DNA from: Candidatus Latescibacterota bacterium
GTDB lineage: Bacteria > Latescibacterota > UBA2968
Direction of reading: 5' to 3'
Length of the DNA: 64,000 nt
Assembly: GCA_965205975.1 (NCBI GenBank)
Contig: OZ242195.1
Location: 1,536,001 to 1,600,000, forward strand
Made by a program: the position numbers and the translations under genes. The notes below the pieces were generated by a model. It ran no database searches and was not told the origin of the DNA. It worked only from the letters and a program-made list of their open reading frames with translations. Within the stretch, counting starts at the first letter, position 1; each line of letters starts with the position of its first letter. Positions 39,686 to 48,115 of this stretch are shown piece by piece.

Positions 39686-39745
39686 AACTGTTTCATTTGA
39701 AACAGTTGGTGTGTCATATGACACAGTTAGGATAGAAATGAGACA
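39686..39745. promoter_or_regulatory. Putative upstream activator sites for the 39596 promoter
   Basis: Palindromes AACTGTTTCA-TT-TGAAACAGTT and TGTGTCA-TA-TGACACA plus a half-site TGAGACA, ~21-bp periodicity. Confidence 0.6.
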
Positions 39746-39771
39746 GGGGGATTACAGAGAAATTCACACAA

Positions 39772-39800
39772 AAAATGCCCTGAAGAACACAGGGCATTTT
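39772..39800. terminator. Putative intrinsic terminator
   Basis: AAAATGCCCTG-N7-CAGGGCATTTT, downstream of the 39990..41567 gene. Confidence 0.7.
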
Positions 39801-39989
39801 GGTAGGTATTTATAGTGATGGTGCTCAGATGAACACTATATTGTAAATGTCGCGGTCGTTCAAAGTAACAGCCAGCGGGCGCAATAAATAAAACAAAACG
39901 ATTTTCTATTAATTGATAATGTCATACACCAGAGCGGGTCAAGTCCAATTCTGGTGAACGGACCATATCTGCGATACAGGCCGAAGCTA

Positions 39990-41567
39990 TCACATGCCCC
40001 ATACGTCAATCTCTACCCCGCTGATAGATGTTCGGCGGAAGTGGAACACCTTGTCGTCCCAACGCCTGTCTTCACGCCGATCAAAAATCACCAGATGACC
40101 CGCCTCCGCATCGCAGCGATCCATGTATTCCGCGGTCTGTTCCAGACCCTCGGCAATGGTCTGTTCCAGACTCTTGTGGAGCAATTTGCACTCAATCACA
40201 ATCTTGCGCGTCTGATTGCCCTGTGGCCATAAGATCAACAGATCGGTGCGTCCACGTCCCAAACCATACTCCCGTTCAATACGCCCACCGCTGTTGACAA
40301 TGCGCTGCAAAAACGCCTGCAACAGCAACTGAGGACCCGCCTCCTGGTATTGGAACCGCGTCACCCAATGCTCTGAGTGTTCGCGGAAAAAGGTCTGAAA
40401 CTCGGTCAGCAGTGCAACCACGTCCAGGCTACCATCAGCAGTGACATACCAGGCAGTTTCCTGCTCAAACTCCTCCTGGACCACCCACGTCAGTTCGCGG
40501 GGAACGACCTCGGCGTAGATGGGATTGGCGATACGCACGGGACGATCCTGAGCCACCAGGCCGAGATCGCGCACATACTCTATGTCGCGGTCAATGAAGC
40601 GGCGCTCCTCGGCTCCGCTCAAGAGTGGCTCGACAACGCGCCGCACGCGGTCTTCCTTGAGCTTGTCGGCCAACTGATCCAGGTGTGTCTCTCGGCGCAG
40701 GATGAGTTGCTCTTGCGCTTCTCGGATGGCCTCGGCGGTGATCGCGATACTGCGGTCTTCTGCTGCTTCCCCATAGAAACAGGTCTCATCCGCCAGCGCA
40801 TTCACCAGATAGGGTTGCCCTTGTGTCTGCGTCCAGACCGTCTCCAGCGCGGCGGCGGTGAACGCCTGTCCCGTCTCCTCCGTATGCTGCCCGAGCAGGG
40901 CAATTACCTCATCTTGCGAGAAGTCACCGAGGCGCAGGGATCGCGCTTTGATATTGAACGCACTGCCACCGGCGATGAGGGCGTTCTCTGCAGTTGATTG
41001 GATGCGGTAATCGCGCACATCGCGCACCCCGCACAGCACCACACTCTGTGGAAATCCCTCCGGGCGGCGGACATAGCCAGCCCGCAACTGCCGCAGCACA
41101 GACAGCAGCGAATCGCCAATCAGAGCATCGATCTCATCAATAAGCAGTACCAGGGGTTTTGAGTTCGCCTCGGTCCAGCGCGTCAACGCTTCGCGCAGGG
41201 CGCCGTGGGGTCCGTATTTTGATAGAATGTCGGGCCAAATATCGTCCAGAAATTCGTCGCCCAGTGTCGAACGCGCCCAGGAGGCCAGTTCGCCCAGAAT
41301 GGTACGCATCACCTGTTCCACATCTTCGCGTGCGGCCTGCCCACCTTCGATATTGACGTACACACACCGATAGGCGTCTTCGGCATTGAGCAAATCGCGC
41401 AGCGCCAACAATGCCGAAGTCTTGCCCGTCTGCCGGGGCGCGTGCAAGACAAAGTAGCGTTTGTCGCGGATAAGCCGGCGCACATCGGCAAGGTTCAGCC
41501 GTTTTAGGGGCGGGATACAGTAATGATCTGCTGCCACCACAGGACCGCTCGTATTGAAGAAGCGCAT
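39990..41567 (-). CDS. AAA ATPase (AAA_35-like) with C-terminal PD-(D/E)XK nuclease-like domain
   Basis: FFNTSGP, HAPRQTGKTS Walker A, LLIDEID Walker B, GQPYLVNAL, GRGRTDLLI...VIECK. Confidence 0.85.
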   Translation of the reverse strand: MRFFNTSGPVVAADHYCIPPLKRLNLADVRRLIRDKRYFVLHAPRQTGKTSALLALRDLLNAEDAYRCVYVNIEGGQAAREDVEQVMRTILGELASWARSTLGDEFLDDIWPDILSKYGPHGALREALTRWTEANSKPLVLLIDEIDALIGDSLLSVLRQLRAGYVRRPEGFPQSVVLCGVRDVRDYRIQSTAENALIAGGSAFNIKARSLRLGDFSQDEVIALLGQHTEETGQAFTAAALETVWTQTQGQPYLVNALADETCFYGEAAEDRSIAITAEAIREAQEQLILRRETHLDQLADKLKEDRVRRVVEPLLSGAEERRFIDRDIEYVRDLGLVAQDRPVRIANPIYAEVVPRELTWVVQEEFEQETAWYVTADGSLDVVALLTEFQTFFREHSEHWVTRFQYQEAGPQLLLQAFLQRIVNSGGRIEREYGLGRGRTDLLILWPQGNQTRKIVIECKLLHKSLEQTIAEGLEQTAEYMDRCDAEAGHLVIFDRREDRRWDDKVFHFRRTSISGVEIDVWGM

Positions 41568-41663
41568 GGATCACACCCTCTCTGTAGAAATCCATGTGAA
41601 ACAGAGGTAGATGTCAAAAGATATATCTGCCCAGAAACATTGTCAAATGCCAACCCTACAATC

Positions 41664-41688
41664 GGGCAGGCACAAGACCTGCCCCTAC
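41664..41688 (-). repeat. GTAG-type REP element
   Basis: Minus strand GTAG + GGGCAGG-TCTTGTG-CCTGCCC hairpin. Confidence 0.6.
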
Positions 41689-41698
41689 GGACCAATTT

Positions 41699-41809
41699 TC
41701 ACGGTGCTCTGGAACCAGGCCGTTCACGAGACGGATGCTGTCCCCGGTAGGGATGTGGAGCCACCGCCATCGTCCGTGCAACCCGAAAACCGATATAATT
41801 CCGCCGCCA
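41699..41809 (-). pseudogene. 3' stub of an FGE/SUMF1-domain gene
   Basis: Translates WRRNYIGFRVART..., the GFRVA terminal motif also seen in 34611..35402; no 5' part. Confidence 0.5.
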
Positions 41810-41988
41810 AGTAGCGGTAGATCATGACATTCCAAGTTTACTAATGGTAGCGAGATCTCCGTTCCACGGTCTTCTACCAATTGTACCCAGGGAGATGTAT
41901 CAGGTTGCTTTTGAGTACCCCACAGGACATGGTATTCTGTTAGTGCATTGGTCAGGCCTTCCGTTCTCAGACAACGGCTTTGCCAACG
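41810..41988 (-). pseudogene. Internal fragment of a Csx19-like type III-D CRISPR protein
   Basis: Translates RWQSRCLRTEGLTNALTEYHVLWGT...WVQLVEDRGTEISLP...LPL (LWGT and EDRG motifs); directly after the RAMP fragments. Confidence 0.55.
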
Positions 41989-42490
41989 GGATGTTCAGGA
42001 GGAGATTGGGCTTTTTTCACACAACATTCGAGGAATGAGGCATCACCACTACACCCGACAAGAGTCATACCGCTATTATACTGCGAAAACTCCCACTCAG
42101 TCTTTGACGATTTGCGCCGCTTCAATTGCAACTCAGCTTTGACACCCTGGAGAGTTCCACGACCATTGCTCGTTTCTCCGCCCAGAGCAGCATGCCCATG
42201 CCAGAAGTCGCGCAAAGTCAAGAACAACAAGCCATTGTGTTCTAATTGCAAGAGACGTTCCTGATCAAGTGTTTTTTCAGCCTTAAACACAAAAACACTA
42301 CCAGAGGCGATAGCGGGCCATTGCTGACGCGGGAGGCGCAGGTGGGAATTATATCCGCCAATTATCTCAGTGCGGGTATAGCTACTGCATAGTTTGAGTT
42401 CCGAGGTCTTCAGCCCCAGATTGTCAGCCAACTTACGCTCGGGAAAACACGCCTCCGGGTGTCCGTAATCGTTGACAGTCAGCAAAATTG
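41967..42490 (-). pseudogene. Fused fragments: Csx10-like C-terminal part joined to a Cas7/Csm3-like C-terminal part
   Basis: IGGYN.HLRLPR...AIASGSVFVF (Csx10/Cas5-like), then GLLFLTLRDF...LGGETSNGRG (RAMP G-rich loop). Confidence 0.65.
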
Positions 42491-42990
42491 AGTAGCGCAT
42501 TGCCAGGAGGCTCAAAGAACCTTACTCGCGCTTGAAATACCAGATCTGCTTTCAAGGTACGGGTGAGACGGAGTGTATTCTCAAGTGCTGCGCCTGTCCT
42601 GCGGTCAATAGCGGTCTGGGCACGCACGGAGGCAAAATGCTCCACAACATCGTCTGGGGAAAGTTTTTTATGGTGCTGTAAATATCTCAACCATTCTCTT
42701 AAAGACGACGCCTCTTGTAATTCAGCATTGGCAATATATAGACAAGCATCCCCTTGTCCTGAATTACCGAAAATATGCTCCACTGGCATAGGGAATTCAC
42801 CGCATAACTTCCACGCATCGGCAACATCGCGATAGGCTTCGCGCCATAACCCTTTGATTCGCCTGCCAGGGAGAATGGGTAATCCTAAGTCGTCAAAGGC
42901 TATATCGCGATCAACCACGCCCACACGCCCTTCACCAGCGGCAGAGGTTAGCGGCGATTGCAGTGTGATTTGCAAAAAATACTCAGTCAT
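42490..42990 (-). pseudogene. 5' part of a RAMP (Csx10-like) type III CRISPR effector gene, truncated
   Basis: ITLQSP, DRDIAFDDLGLPILPGRRIKGLWRE, IFG, RAQTAIDRRTGAALENTLR; lacks its own G-loop. Confidence 0.75.
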
Positions 42991-43045
42991 TCTTGATCTC
43001 CTTCCCTGTACTCTCGCCATCTTTTACTGGTTTCTTCACTTCTAA

Positions 43046-43209
43046 AAGGAAGCGCGGTTGGCTATCTTCTCCTACATTGAAGGATGGTATAATCCGCATC
43101 GCAGGCATTCTTCCATCGCCTACTATGCGCCGATAGCTTATGAAAAGTTGCATCTATCACAGGCTTGATACACAAGCCCTAAACTCTCCACCGAAGCGGG
43201 GTAACTCCA
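43046..43209 (+). mobile_element. IS3-family remnant: transposase C-terminus plus right end
   Basis: Translates KEARLAIFSYIEGWYNPHRRHSSIAYYAPIAYE* (43046-43168); ends TCCACCGAAGCGGGGTAACTCCA with terminal CA. Confidence 0.8.
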
Positions 43210-43901
43210 CCCATCAAGGATGTGTTATCCTGGAGCCACAAAACCTCAAGATTGGAGAGTTTACCCAATGCTGCTGGAATCGCACCCTCCAACTGATTGC
43301 TACTGAGGTCCAGGTAAGTGAGACTGGGAAGGCTGAACAATTCGGAAGGAATTGTCATCAGTTGATTATCTCTCATATAGAGCCTGCTGAGCACGGTCAG
43401 ATCATCAAAGAGGCCATCGGGCAGACTACTGAGTCGATTCTCTTGCAGGTTGAGCTTTGTCAGACAAGTCAGACCAGATAAATCCCCTGCCTTCAGTTCT
43501 GTGAGACGTGCATCAGATAGACTCAGAGAATCTATGGCTGATAGATGTGCCACTGTCACATCGCCGCAAGTGCTTACAGGCACTTGTGCCATAATCGAGT
43601 CGCGTACGGCAACTGTGCGGTCGCATACCGATACGCCTGGTGGAGGGACTTCTGTGCCAAATGAATCCACAAATACCAAAAAATCTGAAAATTCAATCAC
43701 ACCATTGCCATCCAGATCATATTGGGCTTGATATGTCTCATCGCCTTGACGCGCTCCAAACTTCTCCACAAACGCCAAAAAGTCGGAAAAACCTACGAGA
43801 CCATCTCCATCAAAGTCCGCAGAACGTGTCGTGTTCGCAGAGGCATAACCCATACATACCAATACCGCTAAAGCGGTCATAAGCACCCATCTCCTTCTCA
43901 T
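43210..43901 (-). pseudogene. Secreted EF-hand/dockerin-like + LRR protein, truncated by the IS3 end
   Basis: RBS GGAGG, signal peptide, ADFDGDGLVGFSDF...YDLDGNGVIEFSDF, VCDRT..VRD, LRRs; ORF runs into the IS3 terminus at 43209. Confidence 0.75.
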
Positions 43902-44187
43902 ACTATTACACCCTCCTTCAATAAATGTGACCCAAATGGGGTCAAGGCCGATCAAAAACATTTCTACTCCTTTAGCACCAAGTAGAACAATGCAACTTGA
44001 TTTTATGCTTGCGGGTCAAGTCCACACCAATCACACCATTTTCATCCGTCCTGATTAGGAGAGGACAACCCGAAGGGAGTTCGCTGATGGTCATCACTCA
44101 TCAGCCGAAATTAAAGGTTGCCCTCCCATTTTCTTGAGTCTTGTATCCAGATTTCGGTTATGATGATGGCATTAGGACAGTATTTAA

Positions 44188-44203
44188 TGCAAAAAGCGTG
44201 CCA
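44188..44203 (-). promoter_or_regulatory. Sigma54 (-24/-12) promoter
   Basis: Minus strand TGGCACGCTTTTTGCA; divergent from the activator gene. Confidence 0.85.
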
Positions 44204-44315
44204 ATGCGAGCGTTGTTCCGAAGAGCTTATTCGTAAAGGGTTGTTTTCTATAAAGAAAAAGAGCCAATCTGACTATATCATAGCGTCGCAGAATAGTCGG
44301 ATTGGCTCTTATACA

Positions 44316-44370
44316 AGACCTTATATGGTCTTATAAAGACGTATTATAGTTTTTAGACCATAATACGTCT
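44316..44370. promoter_or_regulatory. Putative upstream activator sites for the 44188 promoter
   Basis: Three AGAC-N8-GT(C/T)T units at 44316, 44337 and 44355. Confidence 0.55.
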
Positions 44371-44480
44371 CCGTTGTTATTTCTGTTTTCAAGTGTGAAA
44401 TTTAATATTATGTTTCTTTTTCAAGTGTGAAATTCAATGTATAAACCCGTTTTTTTTACCCATATCACAAGGTTCTTCCT

Positions 44481-47400
44481 ATGACCAAACCACTTGACCG
44501 CACGGGTACCTATCGGACTTATTCTGTGACCAATGGCCTGGCCGGAATGCGTATTGAACACATTGCCGAAGATAGCGAGGGGTGTATCTGGTTCGCCACC
44601 TGGGACAATGGCGTTAGTCGCTTTGATGGAAATGAATTCCAGAATTTTACCAAACAGGACGGTCTTATTGATGATCGTACTTATTTTGTTGCACAAGACA
44701 GTCAGAATCGAATGTGGTTCGGGACAGCAAATGGCGTCTGCTGGTACGACGGAGCTAGATTTCACCATTTGGATGACGATGGCATTGTAGACCGAGACGT
44801 GCGGTGCATCTACGAAGACAGGGAAGGCCGTGTATGGTTCGGTGGTACCCGTACTCTGGGGTATTGCGATGGCACTGCTTTCCACGACATGATTCCGCTC
44901 TACCTTCAGCACCACGAAAAGCCACCTTCTCCGAGGTGGAATCAGTGTTGGGGTATTACTCAGGATCCGCAAGGTCAGATGTGGTTTGGCTTCAACTACC
45001 TCATCCGCTTCGATGGTCAATCCTTCCACCGCTATGATAAGAGAGACGGTTTTATCCAAGATGGAACCGCCTATGCCTTAGATAAAGACCATACCGGCAA
45101 AGTGTGGATCGGTCGTTTCGATAAACGAGATGAACTCTGGTGCTATGCCGATGGCACCTTCCAGTCTATTCAGGTGGATTTAGGTGGCGCACTGCGCAAA
45201 ATACAGTGTGACCGAGAAGGGCGGATGTGGTTTAGCACTTCGGAAGGGGCATGGTATCAGGACGGTGATGGGTTCAGCAGATTTACCCCTGCCGATGGCT
45301 TGCCCCAATCCGCAGTCAAAGCCGTGTTCCAGGATCGCGATCATCAGTTCTGGTTTGCCACCTGGAGCGGCGTCGGTCTTTACGATGCACACAGTATCAG
45401 TGTATTTGACCTCAATAAGGCTTCTCCCAAAGACAAAAAGCCGAACGAGGTCTCGCAGATCGTACAAGACCGGCAAGGGGATATATGGATCGGACGTGTG
45501 TCTCCTGTTTTCAACTATTTGGACAAAAGCGTTTTTCGCTTCGATGGCGAGCACTTTGCAGTTTTAGACTCCGAGCAAGATTTTGATATCGATAACTGTT
45601 TCTCTATGTACAAGGATCACGAGGGGTATCTGTGGTTTGGCGGTCTCAACGGCCTGTTCCGCTACGATGGGCAGAAGCTGAAAAAGATGAAAATAGCCGC
45701 GGGTTTAGGCGACAGGAGTATCAGTGCAATTACCCAGGATTCGCAAGGTCAATTCCTTTTTGGCTATTGGGAAAAGGGCACCTATAAAACCGAATTTAAA
45801 AAAGAAGTACTTTCGGCCAGTCCATTAAAGATCATTTACCAGCGGGACGAGCAGTTCCAAACCATTTTTGTGCAGAAAAAAAACAAAGATGTATTAGACC
45901 GTATTGGCACTATAATTGCCGGTCGCAACAGCGAGGTCTATTTTCATTTGGCCTGCCACACTGGCGGCTGGGGCCTGGCGCGGTGGCATCCCGAGGATGG
46001 TCTCAAATTTTATGGGATTGAAGATGGACTGATCGACGACAGAGTCACAGATCTTTTGGAAGACCGCGATGGCAACCTGTGGATCGCTACTCTAAGTGGT
46101 CTTTGTCGCTTTGATGGCAGCACCTTCCAGATCTTCACGACGGAAGACGGGTTGCCGAGCAACCGCATCCGTTGCGTGTTTGAGGATCGAAAAGGCCATC
46201 TATGGCTCGGTACAGACCAGGGTGTGGCGCACTGCGATGGTCAGCTTTTCCAGACCATCAACTCACCGCATATAGGACCGGTTTGTCGGATACTCGAAGA
46301 TCGAGATGGAACGTTCTATTTTGGCACTATTATGGGTTCTATCATACGCTACCGTCTGCGGCAAACTGCGCCTCGGATTCGCTTGCTTCAGGTGATTGCC
46401 GATAAGGTCTATGAGAACTCGGAGGAAGCCATCGTATCGAAGACAGGCCAGCAGGTGATTTTCGAGTACAAGGGCCTGAGTTTTTCCACCCATCCCAGCG
46501 ACATGCTCTATGTCTATCGCTTGAAAGGCTATGACGCCGACTGGCAACCAGCAACTCGAAGGATGCGAGCCTTTTACCGGAACTTGCCACCGGGCGATTA
46601 CACCTTTCAGGTCAGAGCGATAGATCGCGATCTGAATTACTCAGAGATAGCGCAAGCGCGACTCTCGATCACAGAAGACCCGCGTATCGAAGCATGGACC
46701 GACGTCATCAACCGTCGAGAAAGCCAGAAGTTTATCGGGCATAGCGCGGCTCTGCGCCAATTTCAGATCAATCTTGAAAAAATAGCATCTACCAATATGA
46801 CCGTGCTGATTATGGGTGAGACAGGGGTGGGTAAGGGATTGGCTGCTCGGACACTACACGCGCTGAGTGCCCATAACACTGGGCCTTTGATAGAGGTGAG
46901 TTGCGGTGCATTGCCCGGGACATTGATCGATAGTGAGTTGTTTGGTCACGAGAGAGGGGCTTTTACTGGCGCAGTTTTCCACAGATTGGGCAGGGTGGAA
47001 CTGGCAGAAGGTGGCACACTCTTTCTGGATGAGATCGGCGATATGGCGCTGGAAACGCAGTCCAAGCTGTTGCGCTTGCTGGAAGAAGGCACGTTTGAGC
47101 GGATTGGGAGCAGTGAGACGCGGATGGCAAAGACGCGGATTGTGGCCGCGACGAATCGCAATCTTGAGGAGATGGTCAGCAGGGGTGATTTTAGGGAGGA
47201 TCTCTATTACCGCCTCAATGCCTTTCCGATGTATTTGCCGCCGCTACGCGAGCGCAAGGAGGATATACCACACCTATCCGAGTATTTCAAGGATCGCATG
47301 GCATCACATTTAGGCAAGCAAATTATCCCCTTGGCGCCAGAAATTATCGAGGTGTTGCAAAGCTACGATTGGCCGGGCAATGTGCGGGAATTAGAGCATA

Positions 47401-47702
47401 CCATACAGCGGGCAGTGGTTTTGTGTACTGACTCTCAAATCGTAAAGAGGGATCTGGGACTGTATGGTTCTCGAATCGAAGATACAACTCAGGACCTTGA
47501 GAGGCGCACCTTATCGACTTCTCAAAACCGAGAAGTCGTGCCTTTGGCAGAATTGGAGCGGCGCCACATCCTCGATGTGCTCGAAGCCGCCAACTATCAG
47601 ATAAAGGGACCCGAGGGCGCGGCAACGCTGCTGAAAGTACCGCCTTCTACGCTGTATGGAAAAATGCAAAGACTGGGCATTGAAATAAAACGCGGTGTTT
47701 GA
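44481..47702 (+). CDS. Sigma54-dependent enhancer-binding protein with N-terminal Reg_prop beta-propellers and Y_Y_Y domain
   Basis: Repeated (E/Q)D..G..WF.T..G motifs, YVYRLKGYD...YRNLPPGDYTFQVRA, GETGVGKG, GAFTGA, FLDEIG, FREDLYYRL, WPGNVREL, C-terminal HTH. Confidence 0.92.
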   Translation: MTKPLDRTGTYRTYSVTNGLAGMRIEHIAEDSEGCIWFATWDNGVSRFDGNEFQNFTKQDGLIDDRTYFVAQDSQNRMWFGTANGVCWYDGARFHHLDDDGIVDRDVRCIYEDREGRVWFGGTRTLGYCDGTAFHDMIPLYLQHHEKPPSPRWNQCWGITQDPQGQMWFGFNYLIRFDGQSFHRYDKRDGFIQDGTAYALDKDHTGKVWIGRFDKRDELWCYADGTFQSIQVDLGGALRKIQCDREGRMWFSTSEGAWYQDGDGFSRFTPADGLPQSAVKAVFQDRDHQFWFATWSGVGLYDAHSISVFDLNKASPKDKKPNEVSQIVQDRQGDIWIGRVSPVFNYLDKSVFRFDGEHFAVLDSEQDFDIDNCFSMYKDHEGYLWFGGLNGLFRYDGQKLKKMKIAAGLGDRSISAITQDSQGQFLFGYWEKGTYKTEFKKEVLSASPLKIIYQRDEQFQTIFVQKKNKDVLDRIGTIIAGRNSEVYFHLACHTGGWGLARWHPEDGLKFYGIEDGLIDDRVTDLLEDRDGNLWIATLSGLCRFDGSTFQIFTTEDGLPSNRIRCVFEDRKGHLWLGTDQGVAHCDGQLFQTINSPHIGPVCRILEDRDGTFYFGTIMGSIIRYRLRQTAPRIRLLQVIADKVYENSEEAIVSKTGQQVIFEYKGLSFSTHPSDMLYVYRLKGYDADWQPATRRMRAFYRNLPPGDYTFQVRAIDRDLNYSEIAQARLSITEDPRIEAWTDVINRRESQKFIGHSAALRQFQINLEKIASTNMTVLIMGETGVGKGLAARTLHALSAHNTGPLIEVSCGALPGTLIDSELFGHERGAFTGAVFHRLGRVELAEGGTLFLDEIGDMALETQSKLLRLLEEGTFERIGSSETRMAKTRIVAATNRNLEEMVSRGDFREDLYYRLNAFPMYLPPLRERKEDIPHLSEYFKDRMASHLGKQIIPLAPEIIEVLQSYDWPGNVRELEHTIQRAVVLCTDSQIVKRDLGLYGSRIEDTTQDLERRTLSTSQNREVVPLAELERRHILDVLEAANYQIKGPEGAATLLKVPPSTLYGKMQRLGIEIKRGV

Positions 47703-47721
47703 AATAGCCCACGCTTGTATA

Positions 47722-48063
47722 TCACCCGGCGGATTTGTAGAGGGTGCGTCCAAGTTTGAAAATTTCCTCGAGAAAGGGATCAAAGTTTTGCAGATGGGTT
47801 TGAATTTCTTCAGGTGTACGCACGACAATATCCATCGCAACATATTTGGGACGACAAATGCGAGCAATTGCGGCACTTCGCGCTGTTGGACGCAAATCTG
47901 TATCCATAATGACGAGCAAATCTAAATCGCTATCGGTCTTTGGCTCGCCATAAGCATAAGAGCCAAAGAGGATGATCTGATCTGGTGGATGAAAGTGTTC
48001 AACAATTTTATTTGCGATCTCATCCAAAAGCGATTCTGTTATTTTTTGTTCTTTTACATTCAT
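47722..48063 (-). CDS. Minimal nucleotidyltransferase (MNT), no intact HEPN partner
   Basis: ILFGSYAYGEP..DSDLDLLVI, DIVVRTPEE, GRTLY. Confidence 0.85.
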   Translation of the reverse strand: MNVKEQKITESLLDEIANKIVEHFHPPDQIILFGSYAYGEPKTDSDLDLLVIMDTDLRPTARSAAIARICRPKYVAMDIVVRTPEEIQTHLQNFDPFLEEIFKLGRTLYKSAG

Positions 48064-48115
48064 CTAAGCATTTCCTACTTTTGGCTAAAGATTTCGCCCT
48101 ACCCCGTACGTTCAG

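Noticed and set aside
41757..41765. GGAGCCACC as a possible attR copy of the tRNA-Phe 3' end
   Set aside because: Only 9 bp, inside a gene fragment; expected by chance
41600..44480. CRISPR array near the cas remnants
   Set aside because: No repeat-spacer series found; only one 17-bp pair at 44386/44418
44421..45059. 212-aa minus-strand ORF upstream of the 44188 promoter
   Set aside because: Antisense to the well-supported activator gene
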